NCBI GenBank assembly: GCA_965216875.1
Contig: OZ244207.1
Span: 4,416,001 to 4,480,000, forward strand
Source of the DNA: Rubripirellula sp.
GTDB taxonomy: Bacteria > Planctomycetota > Planctomycetia > Pirellulales > Pirellulaceae
Length of the DNA stretch: 64,000 nucleotides
Reading direction: 5' to 3'
Positions 18,838 through 30,440 of this stretch are shown piece after piece. Within the stretch, counting starts at the first letter, position 1; each line of letters opens with the position of its first letter. The notes under the pieces were generated by a model. It searched no databases. It was not told the origin of the DNA and was given only the letters and a program-made list of their open reading frames with translations. Position numbers and translations under genes: made by a program.

Positions 18838-21762
18838 ATGGGCGCTTGGATACAGGCGCGGCGCATCAACCGATGGTGCACCGCTGGCTTGGTCGTTTTC
18901 TGTCTCTTCGTTATCGCGATTGCCGAACTGCCCCACGCATCGGCTCAGCGTTCGCGAGCCAATTCGCGCCAGATTGATCCGGTCCGCGAAGGAGATGCGG
19001 TTGAGGTCAAGTCGGGTTTCAAGTGGTATCCCGGGACCGTGATCTCGTATGCAAACGGCTCCGCCAGTATCGAATATGAATTCGCGGGCAGTTCAACGAC
19101 GCGTGATTTCCGACTCGACGACGTTCGCTTCCCCAACGGGGAAGGTCACTGGACCATCTGGAAAGACGCTTCTGGAAAATTCAAGGTTGAGGCTCGCTAC
19201 ATCGCGCGCGACGAAACGAGCGTGATGATCCGCAAAGCGGACGGAAGCGAACTTACGATCCCAATCGACAAGCTGTCTCTCGACTTGCGCCAACGCGTAC
19301 GGCAAACGCCCATCACAGGCGAAGAGAACAAGATCGACGGTGCGAACCCTGTTCGCGTGGGGGACGAAATTCAAGTGCAGTACTTTTCGTCGTGGTACGA
19401 CGGTGTCGTTAAGAAAGTGCTGCCAGGCCAGGTCGAAGTTGACTACCAGTACCGCGACCGAACCGAGTCCAAAACATTCGACCTAAAAGACATTCGCTTC
19501 CCCAATGGCGAAGGTCGCTGGCGAGAGTGGACCGACGCATCAGGACAATTCAAAATTGTCGCAAGGTACATTTCCCGCACCCAAACGCATGTAACCATTC
19601 GCAAAGAAGATGGCAACGATCTCGAAATCCCGATCGATCGCTTGTCGTCGAAACTGCGTCGCCTCCTCGCCGAAACGCCCGTCACCGGTGAAGAGACACT
19701 TGTCGATGGGGTGAACCCGATTCGCGTTGGTGACCACGTCGAGATTAAATCGACGTGGTCTTGGATTCCTGGAGTGATCAAGGAAACGCGTGCCGGCGGT
19801 GCCGTCGTCGAATACGAATACCACTCGTCGACGACAAAGAAAGAGTTCAAACTTGCAGACATCCGTTTCCCGAACGGTGAAGGGCACTGGCGCAAATGGC
19901 AAGACGACTCAGGATCGTTTGAGCTCATCGCGCGGTACATCTCTCGCAACGAAACCCACGCGACGCTCGTCAAAGAGGACGGCAACCAGGTCAAGGTGCC
20001 CATCGAGCGACTCAGCACAAAACTGCGTCGAATTCTAGAGCAGACTCTCGCCATCTCTCGACGGCCCGAGAAGATTGAATTTGGGTTGTCACCCAAAACA
20101 ACCTCGTTCCTGAGTACTGCACCAAGCTTTGCCCAATTGTCGCTTTCTGGTTTGACCGTCGACAACGCCAATCCACATGGCGAAGGTGGCTTCGGGTTTC
20201 AAATGACCCACGGCGACACCATTTCGGCGTGCATCCCCGTCGGTGGCGTCGACCCATGGATCGCAATCGGTACCTACGCAACGTCCCGGTTCAATGGGCC
20301 GCGTCTCACGCGGATGTACTGGACCAAACCAACGCGTGGCAAAGTCGTGCCGGGACCAAACTTCCAACCCGATGAACGGATCATCGACTATTCAGCCACA
20401 CAGGGCCGACTGATCACGTTGCAAGTGACCGAGGGCACTTGGGAACAACCGAAAATGTTCTGCACCTACCGGGTTGCTGCGGGCGAGGCGTTTGCAACAC
20501 CCGAAGCAGCATGGGATGTCGCCGAAAAGAAACGGTCATACGGTCGCGGTTCCGATTACATGGCGCGACTGGTTGGCGAGAATCAATTGTTGCTCGCCGA
20601 CGGAAACGCGGTTTCTCTCTATGACTTCCAGTCCAATCGCATCACCTACACGCTGACGGGCTTGGCAAGCAACTCGTTCACTTTGCACCCGTCAAAGCAC
20701 TACTTTGCGGTCACCAGCAGCGCCGGAGTCACTTCGTTGCACGACACCCTCAGTGGTCGTCAGGTCGCAACGGCTCCCGCTGGAGTGACCAACGCTGGCG
20801 TGGGCTACAGCAAAGACGGCACGCAACTCGTTTTGGTTGGATCGAAATCGGTTAACGTTTACGACCTACAGCAAAACTCTCCCGCGCGGACCTTGCTTTC
20901 ACGTAACCTTTCGGCATCTGGAAAGTCACAAATCAGCCTTGTCAGTGATGATTGGATTTGGGCTGACTCGTACATCTTCAGTACTGAAAAGCAGATGGTC
21001 GTCTGGAGCTATTCCGGTAGCGGCGTCAGCATTGCTAAGAGCCAAATGCTTGGTGACAGCATGTTGGTTGCCGCGACCAGCGGTTCGTACCGAGCCCCCA
21101 AGACTGCGTTGGTCGGGATCGCCAAAGTGCCGCACGAAGAAGCGATCAATGTCTCCAACGGTGTCGACGCCGATGAAATGATCATGCTCAAGCCGGGCGC
21201 AGGGATCAAAGTCGAAGCGCCGGGTGATCCGCGGATCCGCGCTGGGATCCTGAGAGTCATCCAGGCAAACGGTTGGCGAGAGGACCCTTCTTCCGATGTC
21301 GTCTTTCACGGCACCGCCAAACCGGGCGAGCAGAAGACGATGAAGTACCAGAAAAGCAGTCGGTTCGGGATGCCGTTCGGACGCGTCAGGGATGACGCCA
21401 TCACGATCACGGCAAGCCCGTGGGAACAGCGTGCTTGGATTACCTTCCGTGGTCAAACCGCTTGGTCGTCTGGATCGGGAGGACTTCCCTATTCGATGTA
21501 TTTGCGTGAGGGCGAGACGGTGCAGGGCGAAGTCAACAAATCGACTCAACCGAACTATTCGCTTTTTGAACGGTTGTCGACTCCCGCCGAGATGCTCTAT
21601 CCCCAATACCGGTACGGTCTCGGCAAAACCGCGATCACCATCAGCGGTTTCAAAGACCAAGTCAACACGATCGATCCTGAGGAAAAGGACGACGCGAACC
21701 AACCACCCCCTAGCGTTCGTCCCGGTTTCCCCAACGGCATCCCACCACGTGGTCGGTTCTAG
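18838..21762 (+). CDS. Exported protein with three tandem [Tudor/Agenet-like + SHD1] modules and a beta-propeller-like C-terminus
   Basis: 123-aa period (18976, 19345, 19714); GD.VEV....WY.G.V and W.DASG.F.I.A.Y....IPIDKLS motifs. Confidence 0.85.
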   Translation: MGAWIQARRINRWCTAGLVVFCLFVIAIAELPHASAQRSRANSRQIDPVREGDAVEVKSGFKWYPGTVISYANGSASIEYEFAGSSTTRDFRLDDVRFPNGEGHWTIWKDASGKFKVEARYIARDETSVMIRKADGSELTIPIDKLSLDLRQRVRQTPITGEENKIDGANPVRVGDEIQVQYFSSWYDGVVKKVLPGQVEVDYQYRDRTESKTFDLKDIRFPNGEGRWREWTDASGQFKIVARYISRTQTHVTIRKEDGNDLEIPIDRLSSKLRRLLAETPVTGEETLVDGVNPIRVGDHVEIKSTWSWIPGVIKETRAGGAVVEYEYHSSTTKKEFKLADIRFPNGEGHWRKWQDDSGSFELIARYISRNETHATLVKEDGNQVKVPIERLSTKLRRILEQTLAISRRPEKIEFGLSPKTTSFLSTAPSFAQLSLSGLTVDNANPHGEGGFGFQMTHGDTISACIPVGGVDPWIAIGTYATSRFNGPRLTRMYWTKPTRGKVVPGPNFQPDERIIDYSATQGRLITLQVTEGTWEQPKMFCTYRVAAGEAFATPEAAWDVAEKKRSYGRGSDYMARLVGENQLLLADGNAVSLYDFQSNRITYTLTGLASNSFTLHPSKHYFAVTSSAGVTSLHDTLSGRQVATAPAGVTNAGVGYSKDGTQLVLVGSKSVNVYDLQQNSPARTLLSRNLSASGKSQISLVSDDWIWADSYIFSTEKQMVVWSYSGSGVSIAKSQMLGDSMLVAATSGSYRAPKTALVGIAKVPHEEAINVSNGVDADEMIMLKPGAGIKVEAPGDPRIRAGILRVIQANGWREDPSSDVVFHGTAKPGEQKTMKYQKSSRFGMPFGRVRDDAITITASPWEQRAWITFRGQTAWSSGSGGLPYSMYLREGETVQGEVNKSTQPNYSLFERLSTPAEMLYPQYRYGLGKTAITISGFKDQVNTIDPEEKDDANQPPPSVRPGFPNGIPPRGRF

Positions 21763-21766
21763 AAAA

Positions 21767-21825
21767 GTAGGGTGTGTGCTTGCACGCACCAAATCAACAA
21801 ACAAGATCCGTGGCGCGCACCCTAC
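21767..21825. repeat. REP-like R1 pair
   Basis: 21767-21790 forward, with a degenerate reverse copy ending at 21825. Confidence 0.8.
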
Positions 21826-21876
21826 GAAAACGGGCATTCCGGGCGGGCTATGCCAGCATTTGCGGGAAAACTCGCC

Positions 21877-21905
21877 TTGACCGACATTGGGATGATCTGC
21901 ACAAT
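21877..21905 (+). promoter_or_regulatory. Putative sigma70 promoter TTGACC-17nt-CACAAT for dnaG-rpoD
   Basis: Near-consensus boxes with 17-nt spacing. Confidence 0.55.
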
Positions 21906-22221
21906 CCTCGGTCGCTCGTGGCGAAACAGCCTGAAGTGGCTCGAAGGGCCTTTCAGATTTGTTACGCTGCAACGGATTGCATGAATCGAAATTTACTCGA
22001 TCCTCTCAATGGGACGGTCAAAGGAGACCAAAAACCCCACCGAGGAGCTTCCCTGAAAAGGGCGAGTGGACCGATTCGAAAAGTTTCGCCAGCTTTGTCG
22101 GCGAGACGATTCAGGGATGTCAGCTCCCGCGCGCTCTTATGGAAGCACGTGTGGGGGAGTGCGTGCGTCACTTGGAGCGTCTTCGTTTTGGCATTGCGGT
22201 TCCTTTCAACGGAGTTGTCGT

Positions 22222-24231
22222 TTGTCCTCAGTAGCGGACTTCGACCTGAAAGAGCGAGTAAGAAGCGCCGTTGACATCTTGGATGTCATCAGTGCAACGC
22301 TTGAGGTACAGCCTCAAGGCCGCAACTTCGTAGCCCGCTGTCCGTGGCATGACGACCGTCGTCCCTCGATGACGATCAACCAAGAACGCCAAACTTGGAA
22401 ATGTTGGCCGTGTGATATTGGCGGCGACGTCTTCAGCTTCATCATGCGTCGCGACGGCGTTGATTTCCCCGCTGCACTTCGCAGCCTTGCCGAACAAGCC
22501 GGCATTCCGATCGAACAGTATCGCCGCGGCAAGAAAACCGAATTCGGCGCACCCGATGATCGCGAAACATTGCTTGCCGCAATGAAGCTCATCACCGACG
22601 CCTACTACAACGAACTTGAAAGCGGCACGACCGACGATGCCAAAATCGCTCGCGACTATCTAACCGAGCGTGGGTTCACCGAAGAGAGTCGCAAGAAATT
22701 CCGAATTGGCTTTGCACCCGATTCGTGGAGCTACGCGATCGATCTGCTCGCCAAAAACAAATTCTCGGGACAAGTCGCTCACGCCGCTGGCATCGCGTCG
22801 CCCAAACGAGCAAGCAGTGGCTTCGTCGACTTCTTCCGTGGCCGGTTGATGTTCCCGATTCACGACATGCAAAGTCGTCCCATCGCGTTGGGAGGTCGGA
22901 TCATTCCCGACATCGCCGCCCGCTACGACGATGGCGGTGGTGCGAAGTACTACAACGGCCGCGAAACGATGCTGTTTCGCAAGTCCCATCAACTCTACGG
23001 GCTCGAACTTGCTCGCGAACCGATTCGCCGCAGCGGCGAAGCACTCGTGATGGAAGGCTACACCGATGTTGTGGCGGCTGCCCAATCGGGTGTCGAACCG
23101 GTCGTCGCGGTCCTCGGCACAGCACTGGGGCAAGACCACGTCAAGATTCTGAAGCGATTCGCTCAGCGTGTGGTTCTCGTACTCGACGGCGATGACGTGG
23201 GGCAACGGCGAGCCGATGACGTGCTTGAACTGTTCATCGGAGCCGATGTTGACCTGCGCGTCCTGACGCTTCCCGATGCAATGGATCCGGCCGACTACAT
23301 CGCCAGCCAAGGCCGCGAAGCGTTCGAGCAACTTGTCAAGGACGCGCCCGACGCACTCGACCATAAGCTCGCCAAGTTGACCGCCGGGATCGATGTTGTC
23401 CAAGACACGCATGCGGTCACCACGGCAACCGAAACCATGCTTGGCATCCTGGCCAAAGCACCGACGAGTGCGGGATTGCGAATCGACCAAATGCTGATTC
23501 GCATGGCGCAGACCTTTCAATTGCGTGCCGAGAGACTCGAGCAACGACTCGACTTCCTGCGTAGCGAAGGCAAGAAACGCCAGAGCCCACCGCGCCAGGC
23601 GCCACGTCGCAATCCAACGCAGAGCCCACAACCAGCGCGTCCCAAGTTGGTTGACCCCAATGATGCGTTTGCCGAATCAGCGGCACCGCCGGACGCTTTT
23701 TTCGATGCCCATGGCTCAAGCGAGAGTGAATTTGCCGGCGACTTCGGCGCTGGGCAATTGGAACCGCAGGGTCCCGGTCCGCTTGCGACCATCACCGGTA
23801 TCGACCGCGAACTCTTTGAAACGTTGATCGAAAACCCCGACTTGGCCGGGATGGCTGTCGAAACGATCGATCCGAATTGGCTTGAAACGATCACCGCCAA
23901 GATGGTGCTGTCGGCCTATCAAGATCTTGATTTAGACGGACACCCACTTGATGCCAATTCGCTTCTGCTCTTAATTGAAAACGAAGAACTCAAGAACATC
24001 GTCGTCACGCTTCAACAGCGCTCCGAAGAAAGAGCCGAGCATTTAACACAAAGTTGTGACGAACGTTTCTCGGCGATCATGAGTCGTTATCGAGAGCGTG
24101 AGTTCTCGATCGAAAAGTCACGTCAAATCGAACAACTCAAATCGGCTTCGCTCGCGGAAGAGGAAGAGGACGCGATGCTGCAAGCGATGTTCGAACAAGA
24201 AAAACAACGTCACCAATCAAAGAATCAATAG
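22222..24231 (+). CDS. dnaG: DNA primase
   Basis: CPWHDD..PS...CWPC zinc finger, FRGRLMFPI, KYYN, MEGYTDV and DGDDVG TOPRIM; TTG start after GGAG. Confidence 0.97.
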   Translation: MSSVADFDLKERVRSAVDILDVISATLEVQPQGRNFVARCPWHDDRRPSMTINQERQTWKCWPCDIGGDVFSFIMRRDGVDFPAALRSLAEQAGIPIEQYRRGKKTEFGAPDDRETLLAAMKLITDAYYNELESGTTDDAKIARDYLTERGFTEESRKKFRIGFAPDSWSYAIDLLAKNKFSGQVAHAAGIASPKRASSGFVDFFRGRLMFPIHDMQSRPIALGGRIIPDIAARYDDGGGAKYYNGRETMLFRKSHQLYGLELAREPIRRSGEALVMEGYTDVVAAAQSGVEPVVAVLGTALGQDHVKILKRFAQRVVLVLDGDDVGQRRADDVLELFIGADVDLRVLTLPDAMDPADYIASQGREAFEQLVKDAPDALDHKLAKLTAGIDVVQDTHAVTTATETMLGILAKAPTSAGLRIDQMLIRMAQTFQLRAERLEQRLDFLRSEGKKRQSPPRQAPRRNPTQSPQPARPKLVDPNDAFAESAAPPDAFFDAHGSSESEFAGDFGAGQLEPQGPGPLATITGIDRELFETLIENPDLAGMAVETIDPNWLETITAKMVLSAYQDLDLDGHPLDANSLLLLIENEELKNIVVTLQQRSEERAEHLTQSCDERFSAIMSRYREREFSIEKSRQIEQLKSASLAEEEEDAMLQAMFEQEKQRHQSKNQ

Positions 24232-24386
24232 AAGGAGCATTTGTCTAACGGAGCTTTGACAGTTGAAGTCGAAGCTTCACAAAACCCTCCAACCCAATCC
24301 ATTCGGCAAACCCAGAGACTCCCGAATTATCGTCTCGACGCCGAACCCAAATCCCAGACCCACGCTAAAAACACGAGGTTTTTACG

Positions 24387-26051
24387 ATGCAATTGATGGA
24401 TCAAGAATTGTCGACGCTGGTTACCCGCGGATGCCAGCAGGGATTCCTGACCTACGAAGAAGTCAACGCTTACCTTCCGGACGAAGACGTCAATCCGGAA
24501 AAGCTTGACAAGCTTCTTCTCGCAGTCGAGCGTCACGGCATCAAGCTGATCGAAGCTCCCAAGAAACGCGCCGGTGGTACCGCGCAAAAGCCCGAACCGA
24601 ACGTTCCCGAGATGCGCACCGATTCGGCAGCCGCACCGGAAGCAAACGAAGGCGTCGTTGCCGAGTTGCCTAAGGCGAGCGACGATCCGATCCGCATGTA
24701 CCTGAGTCAAATGGCTGAGATCCCATTGCTGTCTCGCGAAGAAGAAATCGCGTTGGCAAAGAAGATCGAAATCACACGCAAACAATTCCGCCGCACATTG
24801 CTTGAATCGGACTACGCGCTGCGTTCAACCGTTTCGACGTTACAACGAGTGCATACGGGCGAGCTTCCCTTTGATCGAACGATCAAGGTTTCGCTTACCG
24901 AGCGTTTGACGAAAGAACAAATCAGTGCTCGCATGCCACACAACCTGCGAACACTCGAAGTGCTGATCCGCCAAAACCGAGTCGACTTTGATCAACTCGT
25001 ACGCAAAAGCACCTCGCCTCGCTTGAAGGCCGAGATTCGCCGCCGGTTCATTCGCAGCCGCCGCAAGGCACTTCAACTTGTCGAAGAACTTTCGCTCCGC
25101 AGCCGCCGCGTCACGCCGCTGCTCGGTCAACTCGAAGAGATCTCGCGGCGCATGAATTTCATTCGCGCTCGATTGGCTGAACTCGGCACCGATGCGATGA
25201 GCCGCGATGAAGCAGCCGACCTGCGTCACGAATTGCGCGAACTCATGCTGGTCACCCAAGAGAGCCCGACCAGTCTGCACAACCGCATGACCAAGGCTCG
25301 CAAACACTTCGAAGAATACGAAGCGACCAAACGTCAACTCAGCAGCGGCAACCTGCGCCTTGTCGTCTCGATCGCTAAGAAATACCGTAACCGCGGTCTG
25401 TCGTTCCTCGACTTGATCCAGGAAGGCAACACCGGCCTGATGCGTGCGGTCGACAAATACGAATACCGTCGTGGATTCAAGTTCAGCACTTATGCGACTT
25501 GGTGGATTCGCCAAGCGATCACCCGTGCGATCGCCGATCAAGCTCGTACGATCCGCATTCCGGTTCACATGATCGATGTGCTGAGCAAGCTTCGCCAGGC
25601 ACAAAAGCAACTGCTGCAAGAGCTCAATCGCGAGCCGACCTACGAGGAAATCGCCAAGCGCACCGAGATTCCTTTGGAGGAAGTTCGCCGCGTGATGGAC
25701 ATCGGTCGTCACCCCGCCAGCCTCGATCGACCGGTTGGCGAAACGGAAGACAGCAGCTTCGGTGAATTCATCGAAGACAACGACAGTCACAACCCGGTCA
25801 AGACGGCTGCCAGCGGCATCCTTCGCGATAAGATCGACGAACTCTTGAAAACGCTGACCTACCGCGAGCGAGAAATCATTCGCTTGCGATACGGTTTGGT
25901 CGACGGTTACAGCTACACGCTGGAAGAGTGCGGGCGTATCTTCAAGGTGACTCGCGAACGGGTCCGCCAGATCGAGGCCAAGGCAGTTGCAAAGCTGCAA
26001 AGCCCGTCGCGAGCGGAACGACTCAGTTCGTTTCTCAAGACGGCGGCTTGA
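24387..26051 (+). CDS. rpoD: Primary sigma factor sigma70
   Basis: Region 1.1, [41 protein letters not shown] and TRERVRQIE. Confidence 0.97.
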   Translation: MQLMDQELSTLVTRGCQQGFLTYEEVNAYLPDEDVNPEKLDKLLLAVERHGIKLIEAPKKRAGGTAQKPEPNVPEMRTDSAAAPEANEGVVAELPKASDDPIRMYLSQMAEIPLLSREEEIALAKKIEITRKQFRRTLLESDYALRSTVSTLQRVHTGELPFDRTIKVSLTERLTKEQISARMPHNLRTLEVLIRQNRVDFDQLVRKSTSPRLKAEIRRRFIRSRRKALQLVEELSLRSRRVTPLLGQLEEISRRMNFIRARLAELGTDAMSRDEAADLRHELRELMLVTQESPTSLHNRMTKARKHFEEYEATKRQLSSGNLRLVVSIAKKYRNRGLSFLDLIQEGNTGLMRAVDKYEYRRGFKFSTYATWWIRQAITRAIADQARTIRIPVHMIDVLSKLRQAQKQLLQELNREPTYEEIAKRTEIPLEEVRRVMDIGRHPASLDRPVGETEDSSFGEFIEDNDSHNPVKTAASGILRDKIDELLKTLTYREREIIRLRYGLVDGYSYTLEECGRIFKVTRERVRQIEAKAVAKLQSPSRAERLSSFLKTAA

Positions 26052-26152
26052 CGCCGATAGTCGGTAAGTCGATCTTGGATGGAGAAGCACTTGCTTGAAC
26101 GATCGCAATTCAAGCAAGTGCATTCATCATCCCTCCAACACGGCCGCCGACG

Positions 26153-26887
26153 ATGTCCAGCGCTTCGCAAATCGAGATCAGCACCGAGCTTCTACGGACA
26201 TTGCATCGGATTCACCGGCAACGCACTGACCTGCAAAGCCAACTCGATCGCGGGCCTCGACAAATCAATGCCGGCCAAGCCATGGTCGACAAAGCCAGCG
26301 GCGAGGTCGAAGCAGCCCGCGAATCGCTCAAAAAGGCACGGCTCGCGTGCGACGAAAAACAGCTGCAGCTGAAATCTCGTGAGCTGCGGATTGAAGAATT
26401 GGCCGCCAAACTCAACACCGCGGCCAGCAATCGCGAGTTTTCGACCCTCAAGGAACAAATCGCAGCCGACAAGCAGGCCAACGAAGTCCTGAGCGACGAA
26501 ATCCTTGAAGCACTCGACCAGCTTGACCAGATGGAAGCTGGTGTCAAAGAACTCGAAGCCGCCTTTGGCACACAGCAAGACGAGCACAAAACGCGCGTCG
26601 CCGATGTCGAATCGAAGATGGGCAACTTGCGCGAAGAGCTCGAACGCGTTGAAAGTGAATTGACCAAGTCCGAGGCGGAGATTCCAGCGGCAGCCAAAGC
26701 CGACTACGTGCGTCTGACCGAAGCCAAGGGCGAAGAGGCGCTCGCACCGGTCGAGTCCGACTCCTGTGGCGGCTGCTACCAAACGCTGACCACACAGCTG
26801 ATCGATCGACTGCAAATGTCGATGTTGATCCGCTGCCCAAACTGCAATGCTTTTCTTTACCTGCCCGAAGATCGCCGGGTTCGATAG
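26153..26887 (+). CDS. Coiled-coil plus C4 zinc-ribbon protein (CT398/DUF164-like)
   Basis: Long heptad coiled coil, then CGGC...CPNC. Confidence 0.88.
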   Translation: MSSASQIEISTELLRTLHRIHRQRTDLQSQLDRGPRQINAGQAMVDKASGEVEAARESLKKARLACDEKQLQLKSRELRIEELAAKLNTAASNREFSTLKEQIAADKQANEVLSDEILEALDQLDQMEAGVKELEAAFGTQQDEHKTRVADVESKMGNLREELERVESELTKSEAEIPAAAKADYVRLTEAKGEEALAPVESDSCGGCYQTLTTQLIDRLQMSMLIRCPNCNAFLYLPEDRRVR

Positions 26888-27196
26888 CCGCTTGGCCAAT
26901 CGCCCCCAGAACCCGCGCAAGCGCCCCAGAACCCGCGTAGTTGGGGGTGTGTCTGAACCGACCGGGGTCTCGCTGTGACAAACGGTTTCAGTTTGTACAG
27001 TGGAACAGGCCCAAAGTCGTTTAAGAATCGTCAGGCCCTCGCCCCCAAACGAACCGTAATGCGTGTGGTCGCGTAAAATATCGACGAGACATTGCGTAAA
27101 AAAATAGTGGAAAATTCTGCGGCATGGCGTCCGCCCTTATCCACTCTGATTTTGGGCAGAAAACCGTGTGACCTTCTTCACGATTTAGCGGGCGTC

Positions 27197-27838
27197 ATGA
27201 TCATCATTGGCATCGTCGGTTCCCCTGCGGGCGGCAAATCCACCGTTGCCTCCCTTTTACAGGACCGGGGAGCGGCGTGGATCAACGCGGATGTGATCGC
27301 CCACCAAGCCCTCGAGACGCCTGAGATTCGCGACCAGCTTGTGGAACACTTTGGCAAAGATATCGCCGGTAGCGACGGCCAGATCGAGCGAGGAAAGCTA
27401 GCCCCTTTGGTTTTCGGGGATGACGATCGCCAACGTGCCGCATTAACATATTTAGAGAGTGTGGTTCACCCCGAGACGCGGCGGGTGATCACCAAGCAGT
27501 TGAAAGAGGCATCGCTTCGTCGTGTTGTGGCGGCGATCTTGGACGTGCCTCTTTTGTTCGAGTCTCGTTGGGATCGAAGCTGCGATGAAATCTGGTGCGT
27601 CGACTCACCCTTTGCCCTGCGCGCTCAGCGTGCTGCAGCGCGTGGATGGGACGATGCGGAATTGAAACGCCGCGACGACAACCAATTAAGTATCGAAGAG
27701 AAACGTCGCCTCAGCACCCAAGTCCTCATCAATCACGGTTCTCTCGATCAACTCGCCGATACTGTCAATCAACGCTGGAGTTCACTCTTAGAGCGAAACA
27801 CGCAACAAGTCGTCGGACACTGTTTCCAAGAAAACTAA
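27197..27838 (+). CDS. coaE: Dephospho-CoA kinase
   Basis: IGIVGSPAGGKST, INADVIAH, VHP and DVPLLFE motifs. Confidence 0.95.
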   Translation: MIIIGIVGSPAGGKSTVASLLQDRGAAWINADVIAHQALETPEIRDQLVEHFGKDIAGSDGQIERGKLAPLVFGDDDRQRAALTYLESVVHPETRRVITKQLKEASLRRVVAAILDVPLLFESRWDRSCDEIWCVDSPFALRAQRAAARGWDDAELKRRDDNQLSIEEKRRLSTQVLINHGSLDQLADTVNQRWSSLLERNTQQVVGHCFQEN

Positions 27839-27993
27839 AAAGACACAGCCTCGCCACCCAACAATTACGCCCCTCATTCGTTGAAAGTTTGCGTCCCCGT
27901 TTTTTCCTTGTCGATTAAGCGAACTTTCTCCTACCAAATCATCACTGGCTTATTGCCACCCTTTTCCTTATTCGTCTTTCCTATTCAATCGTC

Positions 27994-29505
27994 ATGCCTT
28001 CCAATCGCCCATCCCGTCCGCGGGACAAACAGGGGCACAAGTCACAAGACGGCCAGCGCGAATATCGCGACTACCGTCATGGCGGCCAACGCCCCCGGCA
28101 TCCAGACAAAGAAGTCGATCAACGCATCCGCGAACTCGACGCCGAACGCGATCCGCTGTCGCTGCCAGAAGAAATCGTAAGCGAGGCCAACAAGGCTGGC
28201 CAACGCGTCGGCATCCCGAGCGGTGAAAGCGATCTGGGGCAACTCAATATCGCTCAGCTGCAAAAGATGCCGCATGAGGATTTGATCGCCATTGCCAAAC
28301 GCGAAGAGATTGAAGACTTCGCAAACTCGTCTCGCCAGGAATTGATCTTCCGCATCCTTAAGCATCGGATGAAGGTCAATGGCCTGATGTACGGCGAAGG
28401 CACGCTTGAAATCTTGCCCGATGGCTTTGGCTTCTTGCGCAGTCCTGAATACCACTACGTCTCCTGCCCAGACGACATCTACGTTTCGCCAAGCCAAATT
28501 CGTCGCTTTGGTCTGCAAACGGGCAGTCACGTCGCTGGACAGATTCGTCCTCCGAAAGAAAACGAGCGCTACTTTGCGCTACTGCGAATTGAGGCGATCA
28601 ATCGCCACGATCCAATGCAGCGCCAGAACGTTGTTCCGTTTGATGAATTGACACCGCTGCATCCTGATAAACGGATCATGATGGAGCACGAGCCTAGCGA
28701 AATCAGCACTCGTGTCGTCGACCTCCTAACGCCGATTGGCTTTGGCCAACGCGGACTGATCGTTTCGCCGCCCCGCGCCGGCAAGACGATCTTGATGCAG
28801 CAGATGGCGCGAGCGGTCCTGCAGAATTTCCCCGAAGCCTACGTCTTCATGTTGCTGATCGACGAACGGCCCGAGGAAGTCACCGACATGGAACGCGAAG
28901 TACGCGGTCCACAATGCGAGGTGATCAGCAGCACGTTCGATGAACCAGCCCAGCGCCACATCCAAGTCGCGCAAATGGTGATCGAAAAGGCCAAACGAAT
29001 GGTTGAATCGGGAACCGATGTCGTGATCTTCCTCGACTCGATCACCCGCCTTGCCCGCGCCCATAACAGCGACGGCGATTCGACCGGCAAATTGTTGTCC
29101 GGCGGCCTTGACGCCGGGGCTCTGCAAAAACCGAAAGCGTTGTTTGGATCGGCCCGAAAAGTCGAAGAGGGCGGTTCACTCACCATCCTCGCCACGGCCC
29201 TGGTCGATACCGGCAGTCGTATGGACGACGTGATCTTTGAAGAGTTCAAAGGCACCGGCAATCTTGAAATCGTGCTCGACCGCGCGCTGGTCGATCGTCG
29301 CATTTGGCCATCGATCGATGTCAGTCGCAGCGGCACGCGCCGCGAAGAGATGTTGATGGATCCCGAAGAGTACCGTCGCATTTCAACGCTGCGTCGCACG
29401 CTCGCCGAACTCTCGCCAGCCGACGCGATGCAGAACCTGGTTACTCAATTGCGCAAGACGCAAAACAACGCTGAATTCTTGATGAGCTTAAAAGATGTCG
29501 AATGA
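27994..29505 (+). CDS. rho: Transcription termination factor Rho (paralog 1, with Rho_N helical domain)
   Basis: [37 protein letters not shown] and FEEFKGTGN. Confidence 0.98.
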   Translation: MPSNRPSRPRDKQGHKSQDGQREYRDYRHGGQRPRHPDKEVDQRIRELDAERDPLSLPEEIVSEANKAGQRVGIPSGESDLGQLNIAQLQKMPHEDLIAIAKREEIEDFANSSRQELIFRILKHRMKVNGLMYGEGTLEILPDGFGFLRSPEYHYVSCPDDIYVSPSQIRRFGLQTGSHVAGQIRPPKENERYFALLRIEAINRHDPMQRQNVVPFDELTPLHPDKRIMMEHEPSEISTRVVDLLTPIGFGQRGLIVSPPRAGKTILMQQMARAVLQNFPEAYVFMLLIDERPEEVTDMEREVRGPQCEVISSTFDEPAQRHIQVAQMVIEKAKRMVESGTDVVIFLDSITRLARAHNSDGDSTGKLLSGGLDAGALQKPKALFGSARKVEEGGSLTILATALVDTGSRMDDVIFEEFKGTGNLEIVLDRALVDRRIWPSIDVSRSGTRREEMLMDPEEYRRISTLRRTLAELSPADAMQNLVTQLRKTQNNAEFLMSLKDVE

Positions 29506-29992
29506 TGCCAGTGCCGTGACCGAAATCACTGGCTTGGACGGAAAGCTCCCCAGTGGCAAGGTGGTCACGGTAGCAAGTCGCTACAACCCCAAGATTTGTG
29601 ACGCGCTCGTGTCAGGGTCCCTCCAGACACTGCACGAAGCCGGCTTCGCACCCGATGCAACGCCGGTCGTCCGCGTTCCCGGTGCGTGGGAACTGCCCGC
29701 CGTCGTCGCCCGCGTGATTGAACAGCCTGATGTGATTGGCGTGGTCGCACTCGGATGCGTGATCAAAGGCGAAACGACTCACGATGAACACATCAACCGA
29801 GCCGTTAGCCTCGCGATCATGAACATGGAAGTCGAGACGGGCATTCCGATCGCTTTCGGCCTGCTGACCTGCAACACGCTCGAACAGGCGATTCATCGAA
29901 GCGGTGGCAACGTCGGTAACAAAGGCGTCGAATCAGCCGAGGCGGTCATCGAACTGTTGCGACTCGGCGTCAAACTCGACGACGCCCTCTAA
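29495..29992 (+). CDS. ribH: 6,7-dimethyl-8-ribityllumazine synthase
   Basis: [24 protein letters not shown] and GNKG motifs. Confidence 0.97.
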   Translation: MSNDASAVTEITGLDGKLPSGKVVTVASRYNPKICDALVSGSLQTLHEAGFAPDATPVVRVPGAWELPAVVARVIEQPDVIGVVALGCVIKGETTHDEHINRAVSLAIMNMEVETGIPIAFGLLTCNTLEQAIHRSGGNVGNKGVESAEAVIELLRLGVKLDDAL

Positions 29993-30010
29993 ACCTCGTT
30001 ACCCCTCGAG

Positions 30011-30240
30011 CCTCGTTACCCCGCTCCGCGTGGTAACGCACCTCCCGACGCTCCGCGTCCTCTTCGTAGGTCATGCTCCGCATGACGGCGTTCTGGCGAG
30101 CGCAGCAACGAAGGTCGCGAGGCCCGACGCTAGCGCGTACGGCTCACAAGAGACTCACCTCTCACCTTGTTACCCCGCTCCGCGTGGTAACGCACCTCCC
30201 GACGCTCCGCGTCCTCTTCGTGGGTCATGCGCCGCATGAC
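30011..30240. repeat. 76-bp direct repeat (30011-30086 / 30165-30240) ending in REP family R4 (GTAGGTCATGCTCCGCATGAC), flanking an R2 copy
   Basis: Near-identical copies; R4 reverse copy at 55768-55788. Confidence 0.9.
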
Positions 30241-30440
30241 AGGCATCCGCATCGGCAGCGAGGGCCCAATTTTCTTCGCCGGAATCGCGCGCGATTCACT
30301 ACAATGGTGGAGTGTGCGCACGGGTACCCACGTCACGATTCAGGTCGATTGGACAGCCTCTCGCTTTGGCGCGTTCACCCAACAGTAACGATCAAACTGC
30401 GCGGCAGCGTCCGAGTTCGGCCGCTTCCACTTCTCGGCGT

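Noticed and set aside
26901..26940. 20-bp tandem duplication (CCCCAGAACCCGCG x2)
   Set aside because: Only two copies and no other context; likely slippage.
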